DNA from: Candidatus Woesearchaeota archaeon
Lineage (GTDB): Archaea; Nanobdellota; Nanobdellia; Pacearchaeales; GW2011-AR1
Direction: 5' to 3'
Assembly: GCA_964516745.1 (NCBI GenBank)
Contig: CAZEYD010000004.1
Span: 7,972-71,971 of the forward strand
DNA length: 64,000 bases
Below, in pieces: positions 55,220 to 64,000 of this stretch (positions are counted from its first letter, which is position 1; each line of letters begins with the position of its first letter). The notes beneath the pieces were generated by a model. It did no database searches. It saw nothing but the letters and a program-made list of their open reading frames with translations, and was not told the DNA's origin. The translations under genes and the position numbers were made by a program.

Positions 55220-55957
55220 TTAATCTTCATTAGTCAACCAAGAATTATAACCTAAAGGAGATTCATTTAATTCATCTCTTAATAATTTCCATTTAGGTAT
55301 TAATTTTTCTAATTTTTTTATGAAATTTAAATTATGATTTCTCTCTGAAAAATGTATCATCTCATGTGCTATAACATACTCTATACATCTAATATGTTTT
55401 TTAGCAAGTTCTAAATTTATCCATATTCTTTTTTTTTCTGAATTACATGTTCCCCATTTTGTTTTCATTTTTCTGATTTTGAAATCTTCTACCTTTATTC
55501 CAAGTTTTTTTTCGAATTTTTTTATTATAGGAATAGAAATCTTATAAAGTTCATCTCGATACCATTTTTCTAATATTTTTTCTTTTAAGTGTCTAAATTC
55601 TGGGCTATTCACATGCAAATTAATTTGAGTATTATTTTTAATTTCTATTCTATTTAATTTACTTTGCTCAACTACATTCAATAAATATCTTTTACCAAGA
55701 AAATAATGACTTTCTCCAGTAATATAATCTCTTTTTGATTGTCTTTTTTGCTCTGAAAATTTCTGTTTTTGTTTTTTTATCCAAGAAATTTTAGAAATTG
55801 CAAATAATCTTATTGACTCGTCAGATGTTTTTAGGGGTGCTGCAATTCTTACTCTACCATTTGGTGGATAAACTCCTAGATGTAAATTTTTAATATTCTT
55901 TCTTAATGTTGTTATTTCTATGTTACTAACAATAATTTTCTTAGAATTAGTACTCAT
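55220..55957 (-). CDS. YgjP/DUF45-like HExxH zinc metallopeptidase, last gene of the type I R-M operon
   Basis: AHEMIH (HExxH) near the C-terminus. Overlaps hsdR by 11 nt. Confidence 0.55.
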   Translation of the reverse strand: MSTNSKKIIVSNIEITTLRKNIKNLHLGVYPPNGRVRIAAPLKTSDESIRLFAISKISWIKKQKQKFSEQKRQSKRDYITGESHYFLGKRYLLNVVEQSKLNRIEIKNNTQINLHVNSPEFRHLKEKILEKWYRDELYKISIPIIKKFEKKLGIKVEDFKIRKMKTKWGTCNSEKKRIWINLELAKKHIRCIEYVIAHEMIHFSERNHNLNFIKKLEKLIPKWKLLRDELNESPLGYNSWLTNED

Positions 55958-58900
55958 CTTGTTCTTCTACCAATTTCAATACATTATCTGCATCAACTTC
56001 ATTTTGTAATTTGAATTTTTTAATTGCTTTTACTATTCCATTTTTTAGTTGTTTAGTTTTTATTTTATTACTTCTCCAACCATCTGTTTTGTATTCTGCA
56101 ATGTTTTCATGTAAAGTCATAACAAAAGAGTCATCTTTTACAAAATTATCATATAATGCCCTTTTTGCATTTGAGTTCATAGACTTAGGATAATCTTTTG
56201 AGCTGGAAGGGTTTTTCACGTTTTTAATTAATTCGATAATTTTTTGTAAATATTTTGAATAATTGAAACTTGCTTTTTTTCTTTCTAGAATTAATTCTTC
56301 AAGAAGTGTTGACATATTATCATAATATTTAGGATTTGTTGGTTTTTCATCAGTAATTAATCTTCTTACGTTATTTTCAATTACTTCTGCAACAGCTTCT
56401 TTATTTTTTCTAATATTTTGAGGTAATTGTTCAATTGCTGATTCTCCATTTTTAATGATTAAATCTAGTAAAGTAATATTATCAAATGCAGATATAATTT
56501 TACTTTCATCAGCATCAATATATGTATCAATTAAATGACGCATTGCAGGTTCATATGCTTTAAGATCAATATGTTCTCTACTTGTTATTTTTATTAACAT
56601 TCTAATATCAGTATAATATTTTATTTCTTTTTTTATTTTATCTGCTTGAGATTTAATGTAACCTGCTTCAATCATTTCATTTGCAAGATTTGCATATGCT
56701 CGTACTAATTTTGAGGTTAATTTGTATAATGAAACTCTTTTTTCTTTATTATTTTCTAAATCTTCCTCATTTTGTGGATTTCCACAAAAATATTTTTGGA
56801 ATGCTGGTTCATCCTTAGGAGCTTTTACTGGTTCACATAATGCTTTTATACTTTCCAATGCATTGTCTAAATTTTCTTTGGAAGTATCTAATCTGTTCTT
56901 TAATAGTCCTTTTACATCATTTGAATCATATCCATCAAATGCACCAGTAGTATAATCTTTAAGAGCAGAATCTATACTATTGAATAAGTCTTTGTAATCT
57001 ATAACATATCCATAATCTTTATCTTCACCATCTAATCTATTAACTCTACAAATTGCTTGAAATAAACCATGGTCTTGCATGCTTTTATCTATATACAAAT
57101 ATGTTGCAGGGGGAGCATCAAAACCAGTAAGTAATTTATCTACAACTATCAATAATTTCATTTGACCTGGTTCTTCTACAAATTTCTTTTTTATAACATC
57201 TTCAAAACCACTTGTTTTAATTTCTGGATAAATCTCAGTATAATATGCTATCATTTTTTGATAGATTTCATATTTTTGTATATTTTCAGTATCTTCCTCA
57301 TCATCACCAGTAGATTCTCCTTTAATATCGCTAATGTGTGGGTCATAAGAAGTTATAATTGCACATTTTCTTAGACCTTGTTTTTGAAAAATCTCATAAT
57401 ATTTACAAGCTTCATAAATACTTCCTGCAACTAATAATGCATTACCTTTTCCACTTTGCAGTCTATCTTTGGTCGCTATATCAAGCATAATATCTGCAAC
57501 AATACGATTTAATCTTGACTGAGAACTGAGAACTTTTTGCATAGTTCCCCATTTCTTTTTTAATTCAGTTTTTGCATAATCTGTTAATCCTTTTGTTTTT
57601 GCATCAAACCAAGCATCAATTTTTTCCTGTGAAGTTAATTTTTGATCAATATTTCGTGCTTCATATTGTAAGTCTAAGATTACTTTATCTCTTACAGCTT
57701 CATCAAATTTGTAGGTGTGAATATTTTTTCCAAACACTTCCATACTTGTTTTTTTATCTGTTTTTAATAAAGGAGTTCCTGTAAAACCAATAAACAATGA
57801 ATTAGGCAAAATTTCTATCATTGCATCATGTAATTTTCCTGATTGTGTTCTGTGACATTCATCAACAAATACATAGATATCTCCTTTTTCTTTGAAATTT
57901 TTTGGAAGATTATTTCTAAGTTCTTTAATATATTCGTCATAACTTGCTTTTGATTTTGTACCAAATTTATGAACTAAAGAACACATTATTGGTTTTTCTT
58001 TTGAGTTAAGAGTATTAATTAAATCTTTGCAACTTTTTGTTCTATAAATTTTCTCTTCAACTCCAACAAAAAATCTTTCTATCTGTTTATCTAACTCATC
58101 TCTATCAGTTATTATTAGAACTCTTGAATCATTTATGTTTTCTTTAATCCATTTAGCAAGCCAAATCATAGTAAGACTTTTCCCACTACCTTGAGTGTGC
58201 CAAATGATTCCGCCCTCTCTTCTTTTTATATATTTTTGAGATTCTATTACTCCAAAATATTGATTATGTCTGCAAATCTTTTTTGTTCCAGAATCAAAAA
58301 CAATAAAATCATGAATTACTTCTAAGATTCTTTCTTTCTTATATAAGTTTGATAAGTCTTTATCTAATTTGTATTTTAATGGACTATCTTCTTTCCATTC
58401 TGAATAATATTTTTCAGGAGTTTCTATAAGACCATATCTTAATCCTTCAGAATTATTTCCAGCCATAACTAATTGAATAGTATTGAAAAATGATTTAATG
58501 AATTGAGCTTTTTGATTATCTATGTTTTGTCTAATTCCTTCAGAAACTGTGATTGTACTTTTCTTTAATTCTAAAACGCCTAATGCAATTCCATTTACGT
58601 AAATTACAATATCAGGTCTTTTGTTATGTTGTCCGTTTATGGTAACTTCTTCTGCTATGTAGAAATCATTATTTTTTGGATTTTTCCAGTCTATGAAGAA
58701 TACATCTTGTTTATTTTTATCAACAGATTCTTTTATTTTTGCTCCATATCTAAGCATTGAATAAATATCTTTATTTACATCATATAATGATCTTAAATTG
58801 TTTTCTGCAAGTTTCTTTAATTCATAAATTGCTTTTTTAATTAGTATTTGAGAGTATTTTTGTTTTTTTAAGAATTTGATTAAGAGTTCTTCTTCAATAT

Positions 58901-59015
58901 TGCTATTATTTTGTCTTTCTTCATAGTTTCCTAAGTAAATGTAATCTAATTCTTCTTGGAATAATTTTATTATTCTGTCTTGAGTTTTCCTTTCCCTTTG
59001 ACCTATTTCTGACAT
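55947..59015 (-). CDS. hsdR: type I restriction enzyme R subunit
   Basis: N-terminal PD-(D/E)xK nuclease (RPDIVIYVNG...LELK). SF2 motor HTQGSGKSLTM (I) and FVDECHRTQ (II). 1022 aa. Confidence 0.9.
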   Translation of the reverse strand: MSEIGQRERKTQDRIIKLFQEELDYIYLGNYEERQNNSNIEEELLIKFLKKQKYSQILIKKAIYELKKLAENNLRSLYDVNKDIYSMLRYGAKIKESVDKNKQDVFFIDWKNPKNNDFYIAEEVTINGQHNKRPDIVIYVNGIALGVLELKKSTITVSEGIRQNIDNQKAQFIKSFFNTIQLVMAGNNSEGLRYGLIETPEKYYSEWKEDSPLKYKLDKDLSNLYKKERILEVIHDFIVFDSGTKKICRHNQYFGVIESQKYIKRREGGIIWHTQGSGKSLTMIWLAKWIKENINDSRVLIITDRDELDKQIERFFVGVEEKIYRTKSCKDLINTLNSKEKPIMCSLVHKFGTKSKASYDEYIKELRNNLPKNFKEKGDIYVFVDECHRTQSGKLHDAMIEILPNSLFIGFTGTPLLKTDKKTSMEVFGKNIHTYKFDEAVRDKVILDLQYEARNIDQKLTSQEKIDAWFDAKTKGLTDYAKTELKKKWGTMQKVLSSQSRLNRIVADIMLDIATKDRLQSGKGNALLVAGSIYEACKYYEIFQKQGLRKCAIITSYDPHISDIKGESTGDDEEDTENIQKYEIYQKMIAYYTEIYPEIKTSGFEDVIKKKFVEEPGQMKLLIVVDKLLTGFDAPPATYLYIDKSMQDHGLFQAICRVNRLDGEDKDYGYVIDYKDLFNSIDSALKDYTTGAFDGYDSNDVKGLLKNRLDTSKENLDNALESIKALCEPVKAPKDEPAFQKYFCGNPQNEEDLENNKEKRVSLYKLTSKLVRAYANLANEMIEAGYIKSQADKIKKEIKYYTDIRMLIKITSREHIDLKAYEPAMRHLIDTYIDADESKIISAFDNITLLDLIIKNGESAIEQLPQNIRKNKEAVAEVIENNVRRLITDEKPTNPKYYDNMSTLLEELILERKKASFNYSKYLQKIIELIKNVKNPSSSKDYPKSMNSNAKRALYDNFVKDDSFVMTLHENIAEYKTDGWRSNKIKTKQLKNGIVKAIKKFKLQNEVDADNVLKLVEEQDEY

Positions 59016-60193
59016 TTTAATCTTATTCTCCCTGTTAGTAATTCTTGCATCATACCTTGTTTAAGATCTACGTATTTATCTCTCTTTGCATCTAATTGCT
59101 CTATTTCTAAATCCATAGATGAAAGGATAGATGCGATTGCTGATTGTTCTTTTGGGTCTTTAGGAGAGGGAAATTTAAATTCTAAAAAAGTAGGAAGTCT
59201 TAAAGAATCAACAGTAGCCTTTACAGAGTTTTTTGTAGCATGATTCTCAAAATTTCGTATTAAACTATAATAAATAAACTTTGCACAATTTGAATTTACA
59301 AAGTTACTAATCTTATATACTCTTTGATGATAATCAAATTTACCATTAATATAATGTATTATTGTGCCTATTCCGCCTTCACCAGGAATTAATATTGCTT
59401 CTCCATCAAAAGAATATGAGTTTATTTTCTTTACTTTTTGAGATCTTACAAAGAAAGGATATTTGCCTTCGTCAACTTCTTCATTTCCGTTTCTTTTTCC
59501 GGTCTTAATATTTGAAATTTCTCCCAATACTTTCTCTTCCCATTCTCCAGTAAATCCTGGCAATATTTTCTTTCCTGTGAGAAGCTCTTGCATTGCTCCT
59601 TGTTTTATGTTTTTTTTCTTCTCAATTAATTTTGTTAAGGATTCAATTAATTCATCAGTGTCTGAGAGGACGGAAGCGATTGCTGATTGTTCTTGTTTAG
59701 ATTTAGGAAAAGGAATTAATAAATTTTGTACAATTTCTTTATTTAAATTATTCTGTGTTCCAGTTTGTCCCATTTGTAAAAATCTTTTTTCGTTTGATGC
59801 TAAGTAATAGTATAAATACTCTATATCTAATTTGTTAGAATTAATTCCTAAAATTGCCTGGTTACAACTAACTTCTACTTTTGCAATTGCACATTTACCA
59901 ATTGATGCATACATTGCAAAAAGTAAGGTATTTTTTTTGAATAATTTGGTAGAACTATTCAATAAACCTTTTTCAGTAATATTTTTTTCAGTTTCAAATA
60001 AGTACTTTTTGATTCTAGTCATATCCGCAATAACTACCCAAGGAATATTGCCTCCATAATATGATTTATTTGTGGTTATAGGAGTTCCTCCTGATGACAT
60101 TTCTGCATAATTTCCTAATCTTTTTACTTCCCAATTCTCAGGTATTATTCCTATTTCAGTTTTTTGATATCCTTTTGGAATTGATTCAGTCAT
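59003..60193 (-). CDS. hsdS: type I restriction-modification specificity subunit (two TRDs)
   Basis: Two target-recognition halves are each followed by the conserved spacer (KQEQSAIASVLSDTDELIESL / KEQSAIASILSSMDLEIEQL). Overlaps hsdR by 13 nt. Confidence 0.85.
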   Translation of the reverse strand: MTESIPKGYQKTEIGIIPENWEVKRLGNYAEMSSGGTPITTNKSYYGGNIPWVVIADMTRIKKYLFETEKNITEKGLLNSSTKLFKKNTLLFAMYASIGKCAIAKVEVSCNQAILGINSNKLDIEYLYYYLASNEKRFLQMGQTGTQNNLNKEIVQNLLIPFPKSKQEQSAIASVLSDTDELIESLTKLIEKKKNIKQGAMQELLTGKKILPGFTGEWEEKVLGEISNIKTGKRNGNEEVDEGKYPFFVRSQKVKKINSYSFDGEAILIPGEGGIGTIIHYINGKFDYHQRVYKISNFVNSNCAKFIYYSLIRNFENHATKNSVKATVDSLRLPTFLEFKFPSPKDPKEQSAIASILSSMDLEIEQLDAKRDKYVDLKQGMMQELLTGRIRLKCQK

Positions 60194-60647
60194 CTAAAGA
60201 AACCCCCTTTAAGAATAACAATAAAATTTTTGCAGCCCACTTAACTAATTCTTTATCATATTGGTTTGATGGCTGTTTATCTCCATGAAAAAAATTACAT
60301 CTTATTTGATATAAAACTTTAAAGAAATCTTCACAACTTTTATGTTCTACATCAAAATATGCTTTTTGAGTTGTGTTTTGCATATTAACAACATATGTTT
60401 TATTTCCATCACTATCTTTTGTTTTAAAATCATCTAGAATAGATTGATTAAAAAATGAATTAGAATAATACGAATTATTGTCCTTGGCAAATTCTATAAT
60501 TTTATTTTTTTCTCCGTTTACATGAGAATATCTTTTATTGAAATAATTATTAAAGTAAAACCAAATCATTGCAAACTTAAACCAATCCTCATACTCTTGA
60601 GTGTTAAAGATTTCAATTATATCTAGCCAATTATTAGTTTGAATCAT
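60186..60647 (-). CDS. small Rx4H-motif protein (HEPN-like, DUF4145-type) embedded between hsdM and hsdS
   Basis: 153-aa protein with an RCNFFHG motif (R-x4-H) near the C-terminus. 4-nt gap to hsdM and 8-nt overlap with hsdS. Confidence 0.45.
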   Translation of the reverse strand: MIQTNNWLDIIEIFNTQEYEDWFKFAMIWFYFNNYFNKRYSHVNGEKNKIIEFAKDNNSYYSNSFFNQSILDDFKTKDSDGNKTYVVNMQNTTQKAYFDVEHKSCEDFFKVLYQIRCNFFHGDKQPSNQYDKELVKWAAKILLLFLKGVSLDD

Positions 60648-60650
60648 TTT

Positions 60651-63089
60651 TCACCACTTAAACCCCATTTCTTTTAAATGATTATCAACTGTCAAAGTTA
60701 ATTCTTCTACTTCCTTATTTATTTCTGGAAATGTTGTTTCATATCTTTTAACTAATTCTTTGATTCTTCCAGTTAAATTTTGAGAAATTCTATCAAGTTC
60801 TGATTGTAGTCTTTTGTCTAGTTCACTAAACCATTTATCATCAACAACTAATGTTTTAATTTCTTCAACTGTTAGTTTCGGATATTTAATAAGTAATTTG
60901 TTATCCAGTTCAGTTTCTAAGTCTTTAATTTTTTTCTTGAATTTTTTTTCTTTATCAATTAAAGCTGAATATTTCTTTAGAATATCAAGTTCTTCTTTTT
61001 CTAAATCTCCTTTTTTGATTAATTTAGCTAATTCTTTTGCATTTATGTTTCCTTTATTATTTCTTGCATCTGAGAAAACATCTTCATCTCCAGAGTTTTC
61101 TTCATCAATAGAAGCCATTTCAGAAGTTACTTCTTCTAAAGAATCTTTTAATTGTTGTAATGAATTAAATTCCGAATCAAAAAATCTATTAACAATTAAT
61201 TCCTTAGGTATTAAATCACAAGTCCAACCTTTATCTTTTAATTTTTTATTTTTATCTTCAACTAAAATTCTTTTAACTTCCGCTTTCCATCCATCAATAG
61301 ATAAAATATACATATCATCTTGCATAATTTCAGCCCAATATTCCATTATTTGCTGATAAATATCATATTTATCTATTAATACTAAATTGGAGAAATCTTT
61401 AAGTAAATCTTCAGATAATTCATGAATAACTTTTTTTGGTTTACAGCCTTTATCTAAATTTTTTAAAATTAATTTATGTTTACTGCACCATTTTTTGAAA
61501 ACATCTTCAATAACAGAAGAGAATTTCTTAAAATCATCATGCTCAAAAATAGTTTCATTGATTGATTTAACTTTAACATTAAAATATCCTTCTCTATTTC
61601 CATTTTCAAATAATGAATTTTTCATATTAGGATATGCTTTCCAATACTTTTCTAATTCATCAATATCTTTTTTTGGAATACCTCCAAGTAAATGAGCAGA
61701 GATATTCTGCAAATCTTCTTCTTCTTGGCTATCAATGTAACGAGGAATGTTTAGATTAAATTCATTTTTTTCAATTTCATCAAAACCAACCATTCTTGAA
61801 TACTTTAAGACTTCGATTTGCTTATTGAATACCTGAACTATTTTATGAATATCTTGAGAACGAAGTCTATTTTTATTTCCGTCCTTATAAAATCCTTTAG
61901 AAGCATCAATCATAAAGATGCCTCTTCTACTTTCTGCATTTTCTTTGTCAATTACAATAATGCAAGCAGGAATCCCAGTTCCATAAAATAAATTTGCAGG
62001 AAGTCCAATAATCCCCTTAATATATCCTCTCTTAATTATATTTTTTCTAATATCTGATTCTGCATTTCCTCTGAATAAAACTCCGTGAGGTAAAATGCAT
62101 GCTCCTTTTCCAGTACTTTTCAAAGATTTTATGATGTGTAAAAGGAAAGCATAATCTCCATTTTTGGGAGGAGGCATTCCAAATCCTTCAAATCTTTTAT
62201 ATGTATCAATAATTTCATCTTTTTTGGTTTCAGAATTAAGCACTCTTAATCCATTAGTCCATGATTTAGTAGAAAAGGGAGGATTTGCAACTACAAAATC
62301 AAAAGTTTTTAACTTTGTAGAATCATTTTCATCTTTGTAGTGTGGTGTTGAAATAGTATCATCTTGCCAAATTTCAGCAATCTCATTATCATGTAAAATC
62401 ATATTCATTTTAGCAAGAATTGCTGTTGCATTATCTTTTTCTTGTCCATAAATAGAAATTCCTTTTGGAGCTTCAGCTGCCGCTTTTAATAAAAGCGAAC
62501 CTGAACCACAAGTTGGATCATAAATTGTTTGATCCTGTCTTTCTGCTTTATTTATTTGAATTACTTTTGCAAGAATTCTTGAAACCTCAGAAGGTGTATA
62601 AAATTGACCTTTACTTTTACCTGATTCTGATGCAAAATGTTTCATCAAATATTCATAAGCATCTCCAAGTAAATCATCATTATCAGAGCCATTATTTTTA
62701 AAATCTAAAACTGGATTTTCAAAAATAGCAATAAGATTACTTAATCTATCTACCATTTCTTTTCCTTTCCCAAGTTTTACATCATCATTAAAATCTGCAA
62801 CATCAATTACTCCATTCAAGTCATACTCTTTTGCAATTGGAGCAATTATTTTTTTGTTAATATCATCTCCAATAGTTGGTTTATTTTTTAGTTTAACTAA
62901 GTCTTTAAAACTAGAACCTTCAGGAATTTCTATAAGTGCGTCTTCTTTTGCTTCTGATTTATCCGAAATATACTTAATAAATAATAAAATTAAAACATAA
63001 TCTTTGTATTGAGATGCATCCATTCCACCTCTTAATTCATCGCAAGATTTCCATAATGAACTGTATAGTTGTGATTTTTTAATTGCCAT
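60651..63089 (-). CDS. hsdM: type I restriction-modification methyltransferase subunit with ~350-aa C-terminal coiled-coil extension
   Basis: HsdM_N-like N-terminus (LWKSCDELRGGMDASQYKDYVLILLFIKYISDK). Motif I DPTCGSGSLL and motif IV VVANPPFS. 812 aa, whereas typical HsdM is ~500-550. Confidence 0.9.
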   Translation of the reverse strand: MAIKKSQLYSSLWKSCDELRGGMDASQYKDYVLILLFIKYISDKSEAKEDALIEIPEGSSFKDLVKLKNKPTIGDDINKKIIAPIAKEYDLNGVIDVADFNDDVKLGKGKEMVDRLSNLIAIFENPVLDFKNNGSDNDDLLGDAYEYLMKHFASESGKSKGQFYTPSEVSRILAKVIQINKAERQDQTIYDPTCGSGSLLLKAAAEAPKGISIYGQEKDNATAILAKMNMILHDNEIAEIWQDDTISTPHYKDENDSTKLKTFDFVVANPPFSTKSWTNGLRVLNSETKKDEIIDTYKRFEGFGMPPPKNGDYAFLLHIIKSLKSTGKGACILPHGVLFRGNAESDIRKNIIKRGYIKGIIGLPANLFYGTGIPACIIVIDKENAESRRGIFMIDASKGFYKDGNKNRLRSQDIHKIVQVFNKQIEVLKYSRMVGFDEIEKNEFNLNIPRYIDSQEEEDLQNISAHLLGGIPKKDIDELEKYWKAYPNMKNSLFENGNREGYFNVKVKSINETIFEHDDFKKFSSVIEDVFKKWCSKHKLILKNLDKGCKPKKVIHELSEDLLKDFSNLVLIDKYDIYQQIMEYWAEIMQDDMYILSIDGWKAEVKRILVEDKNKKLKDKGWTCDLIPKELIVNRFFDSEFNSLQQLKDSLEEVTSEMASIDEENSGDEDVFSDARNNKGNINAKELAKLIKKGDLEKEELDILKKYSALIDKEKKFKKKIKDLETELDNKLLIKYPKLTVEEIKTLVVDDKWFSELDKRLQSELDRISQNLTGRIKELVKRYETTFPEINKEVEELTLTVDNHLKEMGFKW

Positions 63090-63253
63090 CTTTATTCACT
63101 TACTCTTTGCAAGTTCTTTACAATTTTAATCTCAAACATTGCACTAAGCTTACAATACTTATTCAAAGCCTTTCTTGCTTTTAATTCTTTCGAGTTCTCA
63201 ATATGAATCTGAATATTTTAAAAATAAATTATTATAATTATATTATCAAATAT

Positions 63254-63982
63254 CTAATCTAATTCTTTAATAAATTTGTTTATTATATCATATGCTTCAA
63301 GAAATTTATCGTAGTCTTCTCTTTTATATAACATTTCATTAGCTAGGAAATCTTCATTTTGTCTAGAGAACATATCTTTATTGTGCATAATATTGTTCCT
63401 GAACAATCTTAAACAATTAATTTTCTCTTTAATCTTTTTATTAGAAATTTTCCCAAAGTAAATTATTTTTTTATTATCTGCAAATTTTATTAAATCTAAA
63501 AATTCTAATTGTTGAAAAGGTGGTAAGTTCTCTTTCTCAAAGTGTTCTTCATATCTTTCTATTTTTGTCTTATTCTCAATTCCCTTTTTTTGTAAATATT
63601 TCAAGAAATCCTCATTGTTATTTTTTTGTAATACAAGTTTTTTCCTTAAAGCAGTTTCAAAAAGATTAATCATTGTATAAAAATAGATATAACCTATTGA
63701 ACTAATTAAATCAGAGAAGTGTATTACTCCAACTATTTTTTTATTTTTAAATACAAATAAGATATCTTTTTTTCTTGTTTTTTTTATAAAATCAGAAATA
63801 TTTTCCTTTGAAGAAATACTATCTTTAACTCCAATTTTGTTTTTTTTAAATTTTTGACTAATCTTATCAAAAAACATATATTCTTTACTGGTTTCATTTA
63901 ATGGTAATCTATCTATATCTCTTTCTTTGCAAAATAAGTTTGGGAGATCTTTCCCATTAAAGAAATAGGGTGGACTTTTCAT
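63254..63982 (-). CDS. hypothetical protein with Rx4H motif (possible Abi/HEPN-like), upstream of the R-M operon
   Basis: LRLFRNNIMHNKD (R-x4-H) at residues ~185-195 of 242. Same strand as the R-M operon. Confidence 0.3.
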   Translation of the reverse strand: MKSPPYFFNGKDLPNLFCKERDIDRLPLNETSKEYMFFDKISQKFKKNKIGVKDSISSKENISDFIKKTRKKDILFVFKNKKIVGVIHFSDLISSIGYIYFYTMINLFETALRKKLVLQKNNNEDFLKYLQKKGIENKTKIERYEEHFEKENLPPFQQLEFLDLIKFADNKKIIYFGKISNKKIKEKINCLRLFRNNIMHNKDMFSRQNEDFLANEMLYKREDYDKFLEAYDIINKFIKELD

Positions 63983-64000
63983 TATTTTATTGATTAATAC

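Larger units (their letters stand above)
53813..64000. mobile_element. putative integrated element / defense island (left boundary at tRNA fragment; right boundary beyond window)
   Basis: Boundary defined by tRNA fragment and tandem repeat; contains integrase remnant and defense genes (see findings). Confidence 0.35.

Noticed and set aside
1-64000. CRISPR arrays and rRNA genes.
   Set aside because: No series of three or more regularly spaced direct repeats with unique spacers was found. The only short direct repeats are the 2-copy 32-mer at 53629-53693 and the coding GLUG periodicity. No GC-rich structured-RNA-like intergenic segments long enough for rRNA are present.

Overview
This is an AT-rich (roughly 30% GC by eye) archaeal chromosome segment. 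Its compact genes, fused rpoA, unsplit rpoB, many large secreted proteins and minimal operons suggest a DPANN-like small-genome archaeon. Positions 1-10.9 kb hold the conserved archaeal RNAP/ribosomal operon (rpoH-rpoB-rpoA-L30e-nusA-S12-S7) with TAATG stop/start overlaps. Where EF-2/EF-1alpha/S10 normally follow, there is instead a winged-helix protein, then S17e and Alba. Next come proteasome alpha, SBDS, an Mtq2/HemK-like methyltransferase, and a LeuRS carrying a degenerate HAD-like insertion. These are followed by a MazG-like protein, two PQ-loop (SemiSWEET-like) mini-transporters, an amino-acid permease and two paralogous Kef-type (CPA2+RCK) antiporters. There are three large secreted/surface proteins, one of them a 1866-aa GLUG-repeat/LamG giant carrying in-frame poly-Gly and poly-Asp microsatellites. 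A small GTPase + small-protein + Zn-ribbon trio is interrupted by that giant gene. The window also encodes CCA-adding enzyme, TrmB regulator, signal peptidase I convergent with a presenilin/SPP-like protease, PolB, FEN1, a circularly permuted GTPase, DNA ligase, TBP, and a SWIM-SNF2 helicase with an internal codon-usage shift flanked by a duplicated gene family. The last ~10 kb looks like an integrated defense island. An orphan tRNA 3'-half on the minus strand and a tandem repeat mark the boundary, followed by ~1 kb of extreme-AT DNA with a 42-bp perfect palindrome and an integrase C-terminal remnant. Then comes a tightly coupled minus-strand operon: DUF45-like HExxH peptidase, hsdR, hsdS, a small Rx4H (HEPN-like) protein, and hsdM with a long C-terminal extension, with a second Rx4H protein upstream. 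No rRNA, intact tRNA or CRISPR array was found.
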